From Octopus sinensis (lineage: Eukaryota), in assembly GCF_006345805.1 (NCBI RefSeq), contig NC_043001.1, forward strand, positions 32,302,001 through 32,366,000: a stretch of DNA of 64,000 bases, written 5' to 3'. Below are positions 27,913-39,730 of this stretch, piece by piece; the first letter of the stretch is position 1, and each line of letters starts with the position of its first letter. Position numbers and translations under genes: made by a program. The notes beneath the pieces were generated by a model. That model ran no database searches. It was not told the origin of the DNA and saw nothing but the letters and a program-made list of their open reading frames with translations.

Positions 27913-28057
27913 GCCGAGGCCGACTTTGCCTTTCATCCTTTCGGGGTCGATAAATTAAGTACCAGTTACGCACTGGGGTCGATGTAATCGACTTAACTCG
28001 TTTGTTTGTCCTTGCTTGTCCCCTTTATGTTTAGCCCTTTGTGGGTAATAAAGAAAC
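27913..28057 (+). mobile_element. 5'-truncated young SINE A
   Basis: Starts at GCCGAGGCCGACTTTGCC and ends GGGTAATAAAGAAAC. Confidence 0.85.
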
Positions 28058-28413
28058 ATATACTCTAACTGTATGATTTTCTGTAAACAGACGGCCATTT
28101 TCAGTAACATTGATGATTTGCGTCGAAAGAACCTAGGATTCGGTTTTTTATGGTAAAGCAGACGATTGATTAACTTTAACTGCCAAGAAATGAAAAGGCG
28201 AATCCGAAGGTCTCCATAAACTTCCTGTCTACTAAATTTAACTCCCATACTTTTGATAGACTCTATGCTATGGTAGAAAACATTTTCCCATGGTAGTGTA
28301 TAGTGATATTGAACCTGAAACTGCGTCTTCCTTTACATTTTCAAGATATAACAGAAACTATAAAAATTTGCTGTGATTACAGTTAAAACATGCCAATCGA
28401 AAAAAATAATTAA

Positions 28414-28639
28414 CGAGCTGGTAGAAACGTTAGCACGCCGGGCGAAATGCATACCCGTATTTCGTCTGCCGCTACGTCCTGAGTTCAAATTCCGCCGAGG
28501 TCGACTTAGCCTTTCATCCTCTCGGGGTCGATAAATCAAGTACCAGTTGCGCATTGGGGTCGATATAATCGACTTAATCCGTTTGTCTGTCCTTGTTTGT
28601 CCCCTCTGTGTTTAGCCCCTTGTGGGTAGTAAAGAAATA
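28414..28639 (+). mobile_element. SINE A young subfamily
   Basis: CGAGCTGGTAGAAACGTTAGCACGCCGGGCG...GGGTAGTAAAGAAATA. Confidence 0.9.
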
Positions 28640-28827
28640 TATATCATATTTAACGTATATAAAGAGAAAAAGTGAAGTAATGCAGAAATAAATAGAGGTT
28701 AGAACAACAAGCCCTTATATAGTCAAAGTATTGGTGGGGGGGGACGCAAACTTCTGCCACAATATATATTACATAAGAATACATATGCATATGTAGATGC
28801 ATGTATGTTTGTATACATAAAGGGTAA

Positions 28828-29132
28828 AAACACCTTCGGTCACCAATGCCCATGTGAATCCACCAAGAAAGTTCTCCTCCGAGGCACAAGTACGGGCAGG
28901 ATTGTTTGTGGAAGAGACGCAGTCGGTCATGCACATCAGTTTCCCCTCTCCACACCACTGATGTTACCCAAGGGAAAGGCAAAGACCGATATAGTTTGGC
29001 ACCAGCTGAGTGAACTGGAGCAACGTGAAATACACTGTCCTGTTGAAAAACGCAACAGAACCCAATCCAAGTTCAAAACTCACCACACGATTGTAAGTCC
29101 GATTCTCTAACCACTGAGCCATGCTCATTCAA
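28828..29132 (-). mobile_element. SINE family C
   Basis: Colinear with 2372-2676 and 31799-32139. Confidence 0.8.
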
Positions 29133-29244
29133 GTCTGTAAACACACGCGCAAAAAAGCATATATTGCATTCGTCTCTATGTCTGTGTGCATATATATGTA
29201 TCTCGATACGTATATGACATATATATATATATATATAATAAAAT

Positions 29245-29652
29245 ATTAGGGAATAAATCCAAACTACATGGAAAAATCAGATTAGGATTGAATCCAATTT
29301 TATAGTAAAAATATTATTTATATTAATTAGAGATAAAACCACTATTAGGCAAAACAAACAATGAAAAACTAAGCCAATACATAAAAAATTAATAATTATA
29401 TTATTTTAATATATATCAAAAGTATTAAAAGTTTAATAAAAGATAATGAGTAAAACACTACGATCGTTTCATGGCTGTCCAATTCGTAATATTTCGAGTT
29501 ATGGTTACAGTCAATCTTCAGGTTAATTGAAATATTTATCTTAGCGAGGTTAGCAATGAACTTTTAATACTTTTGAGATATATTTAAAATAATATAAATT
29601 AATTAATTTTATGTATTGGCTTAAGTTCTTCATTGTTTGATCTGCCTAATAG
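29245..29652. mobile_element. PLE-type foldback element: ~92-bp inverted arms around a hammerhead-like core
   Basis: Arms at 29342-29433 and 29559-29652 (CTATTAGGCA...AAAAGTT / AACTTTT...TGCCTAATAG). Hammerhead-like core on the minus strand at 29454-29525. Confidence 0.7.
29454..29525 (-). ncRNA. Hammerhead-ribozyme-like motif with intact catalytic core
   Basis: Minus strand AAC-CTGAAGA-T-TGACTGT...ACAGCCA-T-GAAA-CGATCGT-A-GT. Stem II is 6/7 bp; stem III is the palindrome ACGATCGT; GUA triplet; stem I is weak (2 bp). Confidence 0.55.
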
Positions 29653-29700
29653 GGCACCAGCTGAGTGAAAGGGAGCAACGTGATCTCTAATTTAATATAT

Positions 29701-29750
<50 letters not shown>

Positions 29751-29761
29751 TATATATACAT

Positions 29762-30059
29762 ATGCGCCCTTTTCAAGCCTATCCAGGCTCATGGGTCCGG
29801 TTTAGCGGTTTCTATAGCGTATGTGTTCCCCCCAGCTGGGCGGGACACCAGTTCATCGCAGCGTTATTTAAGAAACAAGAAGAAAGAGTGAAAGAAAGTT
29901 GGAGCGAAAGAGTACAACACGGTTCGCCACCACCTTCTGCTGGAGCCTCGTGGAGCTTTAGGTGTTTTCGCTCAATAAACACACACAACGCCGGGTCTGG
30001 GAATCGAAACCGCGATCATCCGACCGCAAGTCCACTGCCCTAACCACTGCGCCATTGCG

Positions 30060-30063
<4 letters not shown>
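29762..30063 (-). mobile_element. SINE B-related element: same 5' ~190 bp, different 3' half
   Basis: Head identical in structure to 24509. The 3' half reads CTGCGATGAACTGGTGTCCCGCCCAGCTGGGG...CCCATGAGCCTGGATAGGCTTGAAAAGGGCGCAT. Confidence 0.85.
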
Positions 30064-30137
<74 letters not shown>

Positions 30138-30821
30138 GTGTGTGTGTGTGAATATATGAGTATAGTTTTATGTATGTGTGTACGTGTATGTATTGGTGTG
30201 TGATTTTAGCTCACGTACGAAGTATGTAAATTAAGTGATTTTTATAAAAATTTCACTCTCTGTTTCTCTGAATTTCACTGATGTCAAACATAAGCATTGT
30301 TCGTCGTGTGAACTTTGCGGGAAGTAGTAGCTACAAGTGTCCGTAAAAAACATTCCTATTGCTCTAAATGTCCCACATACATTCAGTCGTGACTATTTTA
30401 AGCATCTCAGTTATTGTGCCATGTTTTTGTTTTCCGCATGTCTGTAAACGATAAGCGTATTTCAAAATGCGAGGAATTTATTCTCATAAAACTTGCATCA
30501 AACTGAGTTGTCTTTTGCGAGTTTATACACATACACCGATACATGTGCGTTTTCGTGGCTGCGTGTGTGCGTGTGTGAGCGTGTGTTTGTGTGTATACGA
30601 TAAAAAAGACGACAAAGGATTAAACGGTTATCTTATGAACTTTATTAGCTTTTCGCCGTTTACACTTAGGTACAATGCATCTCATAACGGAAACAGCTGT
30701 AAAGTAATAAAAATAGTCAGTTACCCTTTGTATTCTCATTTTTCTTGGAACTGCTATATACATATATTGAGTTCAGCACCAGATTATTACTATCGCAATG
30801 CCTGAGCTAAGTATATATATA

Positions 30822-31220
30822 TTCTTCTTTCATTTGTTTCAGTCATTTGACAGCAGCCAGACTGGAGCACCGCCTGTAGTCGAACAAATCAACCTCTGGA
30901 CTTATTCTTTGTAAGCATAGTACTTATTCTATCAGTATCTTCTGCCGAACCGCTAAGTTACGGGTACGTAAACACACCAGCATCGTTTGTCTAGCGATGG
31001 TGGTGGTGGTGATGGGAACAAACACAGACACACAAATATATATATATATATATGTCCGAGGGGCTTCTTTCAGTTTCCGTCTACGAAATCCACTCACAAG
31101 GCGTTGGTCGGCCCGAAGCTACAGTAGAATACATTTTCCCAAGGTGCCATGCGATGAGATTGAACCCGGAACATATGGTAGGTAAGCAAGCCACTTACCA
31201 AACAGCTACCCCTGTCCTAT
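30822..31220 (-). mobile_element. SINE family D, full length
   Basis: Head/CORE at 31053-31220, short internal TA/CA tract, body and tail GGCGGTGCTCCAGTCTGGCTGC...ATGACTGAAACAAATG. Confidence 0.85.
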
Positions 31221-31260
31221 ATATATATAGTATATATATATATATATATTATATATATTC

Positions 31261-31319
<59 letters not shown>

Positions 31320-31339
31320 ATTATCACCCTTTCTTTCAA

Positions 31340-31680
31340 ACTTTTTTCCCAGTCATCGTCAAGCTAGACCGCTGAAATGTACAAGATTTTTTCATTTTCC
31401 GAGCGTCAAACTAATACACTTGATTGTCATTCCTACACTGTCCTCGTCTTTGTTTTTTCTATAAAATTTCAACTATGTTGGATCGCTAGCCTCTGCACGC
31501 ATTTTTTTCTCTCCTTGTTCTCTCCGTGTTTCTTCTGTGTATCTTTCTGTTGAAGAGCGTAGGCTCGAAACGTTAAAGACTTGTTTTATTTATATTCCTG
31601 AGCGCCATACTAATACAATGTTTGTTTGTATTCCCCCTGCCTTCGTCTTTTGTTTATCTTCATAAAGCTTCCCGTTTGTT
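31340..31680 (+). mobile_element. Tandem partial PLE terminal repeats carrying a hammerhead-like motif at 31543-31578; related copy at 34920-35090
   Basis: CTTT-CTGTTGA-A-GAGC-GTAG-GCTC-GAAA-CGTT-AAAG. The GAGCG....ACTAATACA...GTC(C/T)TCGTCTTT segment occurs at ~31404, ~31600 and ~35012. Confidence 0.6.
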
Positions 31681-31727
31681 CATATATATATCTATAATAT
31701 ATAGATATATATATAGATATATATATT

Positions 31728-31762
<35 letters not shown>

Positions 31763-31763
31763 G

Positions 31764-31798
<35 letters not shown>

Positions 31799-31799
<1 letters not shown>

Positions 31800-32137
31800 T
31801 GAAGGCGCATGGCTCACTGGTTAAAGCGTCGAGCTTACGATCGTGAGGTTGTGAGCTCGAATCCCGGACCGGGCTGCGTGTTGTGTTCTCGAGCAAGGCA
31901 CTTTATTTCACGTTGCTCCAGTTCACTCAGCTGTAGAAATGAGTTGCGACGTCACTGGTGCCAAGCTGTATCGACCTTTGTCTTTCCCTTGGATAACACT
32001 GGTGGCGTGGAGAGGGGGAGGCTGGTATGCAATGGGCGACTGCTGGTCTTCCATAAACAACCTTGCCCGGACTGTGTCTAGGAGGGTAACTTTCTAGGTG
32101 CAATCCCATGGTCATCATGACCGAAGGGGGTCTTTAC

Positions 32138-32139
<2 letters not shown>
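31799..32139 (+). mobile_element. SINE family C, full length
   Basis: A-box TGGCTCACTGG; B-box GCTCGAATCCC; CORE-like GAGCAAGGCACTTTATTTCACGTTGCTCCAGTTCACTCAGCTGTAGAAATGAGT; inserted in (TA)n. Confidence 0.88.
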
Positions 32140-32184
<45 letters not shown>

Positions 32185-32212
32185 ATGTAGTATGTATGTA
32201 TGTATATATATA

Positions 32213-32301
<89 letters not shown>

Positions 32302-32630
32302 TGAGGCAGTCAGAATTTTGGATAATCCTTAAACAGCGCTTTCGCTCCTTTATGAACTTGTCAAGACAAAATCAAAATCAAAATACGAAAAGACAGAATA
32401 TTTCGTTTTTCATTTATATGAACCGGTTGTTTTTTTTTTTTCGTTTGTTTTATTTAGAAGAGGAGAATATCGATTTTTTTCTTAAATGAAAAGGGGACAG
32501 AAAGAGAAAGAAAAGCAAAGTGCGGGGGTAACAGAGAGAGAAAGAGAGAGAGGGAGATTTCAGGTCAATGAAGAAGGAGAAAAAAAATAAGGATAATAAT
32601 AAAGGATAGGAAAAAGGAGAAATAGATAAA

Positions 32631-32661
<31 letters not shown>

Positions 32662-33217
32662 GGGAGAAAGAGAGGGAGAGATAGAGAGAGAGGGAAAGGA
32701 AGAGAGAGGTTTATTTTCATTTTGGTGTGGTCAATTCATTGAAAGTTCATTTCTTTTTTTTCTCTCATTTTTTTCATTTTTTTTCTTTTTACATTGCATA
32801 CTTATTAACATATTTGTAAATAAACACATTTTCTCGCAAGGGCTGGTGACCTTTCAAATGTGCCAATTTCAGGAAGTAGGATGGAAGAAATAAGAAAGGG
32901 GGAAGGTTGTGGTCATCACTGCAAAATAAAAAAAAGAGTTCAAAGTCCTATGAGAATGTATTTTCTTCTACAATTTATAGCCAGGTCCCATATTCTGTTT
33001 AATTCTATATTTTGCATGAAAAAACACTAAATATTCATAAATAAGGAAAATAAGGTCAGAATCACGAATTCCCTTGCCTTGTAGGTACATTAGATATCTT
33101 TCCTAAAAATGCTTATAGTATTCTGTATTCTTTTTCAGGTATTGTAACATCTATAAGAACAGTTGTCAAAATCCTTTGTTATGTATATATATATATATAT
33201 ATACATTAGACTCCTCA

Positions 33218-33279
<62 letters not shown>

Positions 33280-33947
33280 GAAAATATGAACCACTGCATG
33301 AATCCATCCTTCCTAAAAAACTGTTACTAAAAATGACGATACCCGTCGTTCCACCACTAGATGTGATAACATAAATATTGGAAGCTAACGCATGAAATAT
33401 GTATGTCTATGTATGTGTATATATAAACATATATATATATTATTATTTTTTTCTCCTCTTTCTTGGTTGTCCTGAAACCTCTCTATCGATCTACTTTTAC
33501 CTCGACTTTGTTTTTTCTTCTCTGACTCTCCATTTTTTTCAATATATATATATATATATATATAAATTCTGGGTGGATACTTGATAATGTAGCACTTGTA
33601 TGCCAGCTAGTAGCAGAGTAGAGGTGAGTAGGATTATGTATCAAATGAAATAAAAAACAGAACACACAAGGATGTCGCTGTACATGTGTAATTTCAAGCT
33701 TTATAAAACAACTTATTCTTACATCAATGTATAATCGACATAACAGATGGTTTAAGCTCTCTTAGCCGCATGCAATTGCTATACCAAAGACCTGTATCAC
33801 ATTATGAAAAGTTCGAAAGAGGAATATTGGTATTATCTATAATGGTAGGTATATTGAGTTTTACTGAGAAAGTATGTTTGTAAATCTTCAAATATCAAAT
33901 AGGTGTGCAGGGTATTATTGGACTTCGAAAATCCGTCCATACTGTAT

Positions 33948-34008
<61 letters not shown>

Positions 34009-34445
34009 ACCCCTTCTAAAAATTAAAAAAAACTTACAAATCATAAATGAACAACGAAACGTTCTGTTTTAATAAACATCTTGATTTTGATGTTGTGACA
34101 ACTTCGTAAACGAACGAAAAGCGCTAAGTTCGGATTATCCAAAATTCTGATTGCCTCCTTTTTCTCCATATACAGTATCTGTACACCACTTCAAACATTC
34201 TACACACACACATACATATATACGTACGTATATGTATGTGTGTTTATGTGTTTTAACTAAAATGGAGGCGAACACCATTCATGTAACTGGCTTGAAAAAT
34301 TGTTAAGATATTAAAATATTTTTCTTAACACGAAACATATGATACCTTTAATACACAAGTTAAGAATTTCTATCCAACAATACGGTGTTGAGCACTCATT
34401 TTTGATCGTTCGACATTTATATATATATATATATATATACACACA

Positions 34446-34603
34446 TTAACCAAAGGACACGTTAAAGTGGCTATCCGCTAGAAATAAGAGTTAAAACCCT
34501 CATTTGGACCACCCAAAATTATTAACACTGAAAGCAGAGGTCCAAATGGGGATTTTAACTCTTATTTCTAGCGAGTTGACATTTTAAAATGTCCTTTGGT
34601 TAA
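34446..34603. mobile_element. Hairpin MITE-like element bounded by TTAA
   Basis: Arms at 34446-34510 and 34539-34603 (TTAACCAAAGGACA...CATTTGGACC / GGTCCAAATG...TGTCCTTTGGTTAA) with a 28-bp spacer. Confidence 0.7.
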
Positions 34604-35364
34604 TCTAATTTTAATTCTACGGGTATATAATGCCACTTTAGGCCTACAACAACCTATACTCATATTGTTGTTATTATAAACTATTTGCATTGACTTCGAT
34701 AATAATAATATTAATATCGATATAAATATTCGCTTATATATATATATATATATATATACATACATATACATATGTGACCCACTCAGCTGTAAAGTCTAAT
34801 CAAATAAAACGGAAACTTAACATACAAAGTGTTAAATACTAGCTGCTTATCGTGTATGCAATTTATATTTAGATTATACTTTCTTCCGGTAATTTCATCA
34901 TTTTGAACCGTTAATCCTTGCATATTTTCTCTCTCACTGTTTTCCCCACTCTCAAACCTCTCTGGCTAAGAGCGTATGCTCGAAACCTCTAAGACTTTTC
35001 CATTCCTCCTGAGCGTTAAACTAATACACTTCCTTGTTTTTCCTTCACCTGTCTTCGTCTTTTGCTTTCTGTAAATTTGAACAATATATATATATATATA
35101 TAAACAGTAACAAAAGATGAATTGTGGTTCATTACAGCTGTTTCAGACGCATTGAAGAGAAGTGTTACATCATGCAAAGAAAATAACAACTACAGGTTAG
35201 AATTAACAATTAAAACTTCTCAAGAACGTGTATGTAGTACCAGAAGATTCTACCGACCCAAACTGAATGTATGTTGCAAGTTGAACAGTTGTTTCCGCTA
35301 AGACTCTGAAATTATACATAGAGGCTTTAAAAGAAACATTCAAAGACTATGTACTTTTTCTGAA

Positions 35365-35752
35365 GTGGAGGCGCAATGACCCAGTGGTTAGGGCAGCGGA
35401 CTCGCGGTCGTAGGATCGTGGTTTCGATTCCCAGACCGGGCGTTGTGAGTGTTTATTGAGCGAAAATACCTAAAAACTCCACGAGGCTCCGGCAGGGGAT
35501 GGTGATGATCCCTGCTGTACTCTTTCACCACAACTTTCTCTCACTCTTACTTCCTGTTTCTGTTGTACCTGTATTTCAAAGGGTCGGCCTTGTCACTCTC
35601 TGTGTCACGCTGAATATCCCCGAGAACTACGTTAAGGGTACACGTGTCTGTTGGGTGCTCAGCCACTTACACGTTAATTTCACGAGCAGGCTGTTCCGTT
35701 GATCGGGTCAACCGGAACCCTCATCGTCGTAACCGACGGAGTGCTTCCCACC
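35365..35752 (+). mobile_element. SINE family B, full length with TSD
   Basis: TSD TTTTCTGAA at 35356-35364 and 35753-35761; near-identical to 24509-24895. Confidence 0.92.
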
Positions 35753-36114
35753 TTTTCTGAAATTAGTTGTTTTTCATCATCTAACTGAATGCCTACAAGT
35801 ATTTTCTACCTCCATGCATAGCAACAAGCAACAGGTACTGATCAGTAATATAATTAATTGAGAATTATTTTGGAAATTGGTACAATATTTTCAAAAGGCG
35901 ATATAATTTTAGCGGAACCGATATTAAAGACAGGGACGTAATTTTAAGTGTGTGTGTATGTGTGTGTGTGTATGCATTAAGAAAAAATACGTAGTCAGAA
36001 TTTTTGATTATTCTATATTAACGCTTGAGTCTCATTCATCAAGCCGTTTTCCAGAAAATGTTTTTGCGTCTTAGACGAATCTGGAGGGGAAGGATGTTTT
36101 GTTTGTTTTGTTGA

Positions 36115-36166
<52 letters not shown>

Positions 36167-36371
36167 TCCTCTCCCCCTTTTTTTAACCCCCCCCTTTTTT
36201 TTGTCCTCTTTCTCTCCTTTTACGATCCCTTTTGATCGAAACTCCCCCTTCCTTTTTTTTTATTTATTTATTTATTTAAAAAAAATTTTTTTTTTTAAAC
36301 CTTCAAAAGAAAAGCTCTACCTTGTAATTTGTTCTATCTGTGTGCAGCCCTATGTGGCTAATAAAGAAACA

Positions 36372-36419
<48 letters not shown>

Positions 36420-36625
36420 CATCTTGCCTATTGATCAATTTTTTTTCCTCTCCCCCTTTTTTTAACCCCCCTTTTTTTTGTCCTCTTTCTCTCCTTTTAC
36501 GATCCCTTTTGATCGAACACCCCCCTTTTTTAATTTTTTTTTTACCTTCAAAAGAAAAGCTCTACCTTGTAATTTGTTCTATCTGGTGCAGCCCTGTGTG
36601 GCTAATAAAGAACATATCTATCTAG

Positions 36626-36692
<67 letters not shown>

Positions 36693-36695
36693 ACC

Positions 36696-36734
<39 letters not shown>

Positions 36735-36762
36735 CATCTTCTATCTATCTAACTAACTATCT
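36115..36762 (+). repeat. Tandem duplication of a ~170-210-bp retroelement-like 3' end embedded in (TATC)n
   Basis: Units at 36164-36372 and 36443-36615 both end AAGCTCTACCTTGTAATTTGTTCTATCTG..TGCAGCCCT(A/G)TGTGGCTAATAAAGAA, followed by (ATCT)n. Confidence 0.85.
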
Positions 36763-38246
36763 ATTTATCGATGAACACACGCACACACACACGCACACAA
36801 ATACGCACGCGCACACACACACACACACACACAAACACACAAACACACATATATACAACGAAAGTAGTTATACGCAATATAAAACCAAGAATGAAAAATT
36901 CAATTGTCCCTAATTGTGACTGGGTATGCAGTGTAGGCGCTACATTGCTAGAAATAAAAGTCAAATACCCTTAGTGTCCTATTTTCCTGAACCATCCATT
37001 GATTCATATATCAAATACTACATACTGACAGTTAGATTTAGCCAACCGATCCAGCGATAGATTAGTCACCATTGATGAACTTTAATTTCAAGAATATCTA
37101 GACTAGTATGGTGGTCTCGCTCGCTGTGGGGTGATTATCTCCCCTGCCAGTGCTTAGATATGTGTCTTTTGCGGCTCTAAGGGTCTTTGGCAATTATACA
37201 CACACACGCGCGCACACACATGGAAACAGAAGGAGAAAGAGAGAGGAAGAAATAAAGAGAGAGAGAGAGAGAAAGCCAGATAGACAAACATAGAGACAGG
37301 CAGACAGGGAGTTCATGGTGTGCTTCTAATTATTATTGTGTATAGAGTTATACTACGAACAATACTTCGAACACAGTTAATATAAATTCAATGCCTTTGT
37401 AGATCGAATATTTCTTACATCGGATTATAGCTCCGGCTTACTCCGTTCCATTAGGAGAAGTTTCCTGCCTTTTTCCTTGGAAAATTCTTAGACGAGGCTG
37501 GTTGCCTGGTCGGCTGGCTTGCTTGCTGATGGAGCGGGACGTAGTTGGGTTGCTATTTATGAATCTTGTTCTACATGTCTTAGGAGTTTGTGTACGTGAT
37601 TATAACAAACAGTCGCAATTATTTTGGATGCTTATGTTTATCGTCAAGATCCAAAAAGACCTATAATTCTGTTGTTGTTGGCAATAATAAATTTGCTTTC
37701 ACGACGGCACTTAGAATTTAGTTCTGAATTTTTGCTTAAAATGTCTGCTGATTTGTAAGGATGAAGTATTTTCATCATTACAGAAGTTACAGAAATTTAA
37801 ACAACGGATACACTCGGTTGCGGCTAGCAGGAGAGATCAGGTGATTCTGCGGTCTTTCAAGTACCTTACGTTAAGGATTCTGTAGCCCACAATCATGTAT
37901 TTGAAGTAAGTAGGCTACAATCATGCACGAGTTTTCAAGTACCATATATGCTGAATCATTTCTTTTGTCTGTATGCCTAAAAGTAGAATTATACTTTATA
38001 AACTTGCTTTTGAAGCTACCCTCTGATATCCTGACATAGTGTTGTAGGAGGATGCTAAGTAGGTTTATGTTTCAGCATTACATACCTAGTTCAAGGGACA
38101 CCTATTATTATTTCAAGTATTGTAGTTATCTCTTATGCTTTGTAAGTCAACGGGATTATTCAAATAATTCTTCGCAGAACTGTTTTTCTGGTTATTGACC
38201 GAGTAGGTGGTTTGGAGTGCCTATAAACTTTCACCACAACGCAATG

Positions 38247-38277
<31 letters not shown>

Positions 38278-39730
38278 CTGAAGGAGGGAATAATATGCCC
38301 AATACATAAAGGGGAAAGTAGAGCAGATGCCAAAAACCATAGGCCTATCTCTCTGACTTCACACATCAGCAAAGTCACGGAACGGATAGTCAGAAAGAAA
38401 CTAATCGCATTCCTTGAGGAAAATAACTTGCTGAGTGATACCCAGCATGGTTTTCGACCAGGTAGGAGCTGCCTGACCCAGCTCTTACAATATTATGACT
38501 GGGTGTTGAGGCAGCTATTCAACAAATCAAATGTGGACGTAATCTACCTTGATTTTGCAAAAGCTTTTGACAAGGTGGATCAGGGTATGATATGCCACAA
38601 AATGCGTGACCTCGGCATAGCTGGAAAGCTTGGAGTGTGGATACATGACTTCCTGAAAGATAGGAGTCAGGCAGTAGTGGTTAATGGAGCCACCTCTATG
38701 AACACAAAAATAGTGAGCGGTGTTCCACAGGGCACTATCTTGGGACCACTGCTTTTTATAGTGGCCCTCTCAGATATGCCCTCAAATGCCCGGATAGCAA
38801 CTCTGGCCAGCTATGCAGACGATACGAAAGTCTCACAGAAAATACAGAACCCCAGCGATGTTGTACACCTGCAGCAGGAGTTGGACTCAATCTAAGATGG
38901 GCTGAGGATAATAATATGCGGTTTAATGCTGAAAAATTCCAGACCCTGTGCTACCAGCATCCAAAACTGAATATTAAACTTACAGGATACACCGGTCCAC
39001 AGGGAATTTCAATCCCAGAGCCTATGTATGTGAGGGCCCTGTGTATCGACATGAGTGATGATACATCTTTCCAAGTGCACATTACCAGGATGGCAACAAA
39101 GTGCAGACGACTGGCTGACATTCGTCCTCACCCGCTTGGATTACTGATCACAGCTATGGTCACCCACCAGTGTGAAATTAACAGCGGACCTTGAATCAAT
39201 CCAGAAAAAATTCACAAAGAAGATTGTCTCTTTGCAACAGCTTAGCTACTGGGAAAGGTTGAAACAGCTAAGACTCTACTCCCTGGAGAGAAGACGGGAG
39301 AGGTATGCAGTAATATATATCGGGAAGACCCCGGAAGGAATTGTGCCAAATTTTGGCATTGTAAGCTACACCAATGCTAGAACAGGACGACACTGCAAGA
39401 TCCCAGCAATGCCATTACGCTTCAGGACCAGCTTCTGCAACAGCCTGGGTTTCAAGGGCCCACAGATTTTTAATATTGTTCCAAAGAGTCTGAGGGACTT
39501 GCACAAAGTAGATGTAGCGGTTTTTAAATCAAAGCTGGACATCTTCCTGTCAAGAGTGCCAGATGAACCTACCTCACGGCAAGAGGTGCAAATGAGGGTG
39601 GCTATATCAAACTCCATTCTTCACCAAGTGCCACATATTGCCGGAGACTCTTAGTAATAACAGTGTAGCACAAAACGGCGGTGCGTCAGCATGGCTGCAG
39701 CTCTGAGCTCAAACAAGAAAAATGAAAAAC
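38278..39730 (+). pseudogene. 5'-truncated CR1/L2-type LINE reverse transcriptase with a frameshift and an internal deletion
   Basis: KEGIICPIHKG...NHRPISLTSHISK...QHGFRPGRSCLTQLL...VIYLDFAKAFDKVD...GVPQGTILGPLLF...YADDTK. 1-bp loss near 38893; deletion after KCRRLA (~39115); C-terminus LDIFLSRVPDEP; stop at 39654, then 3' UTR. Confidence 0.93.
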
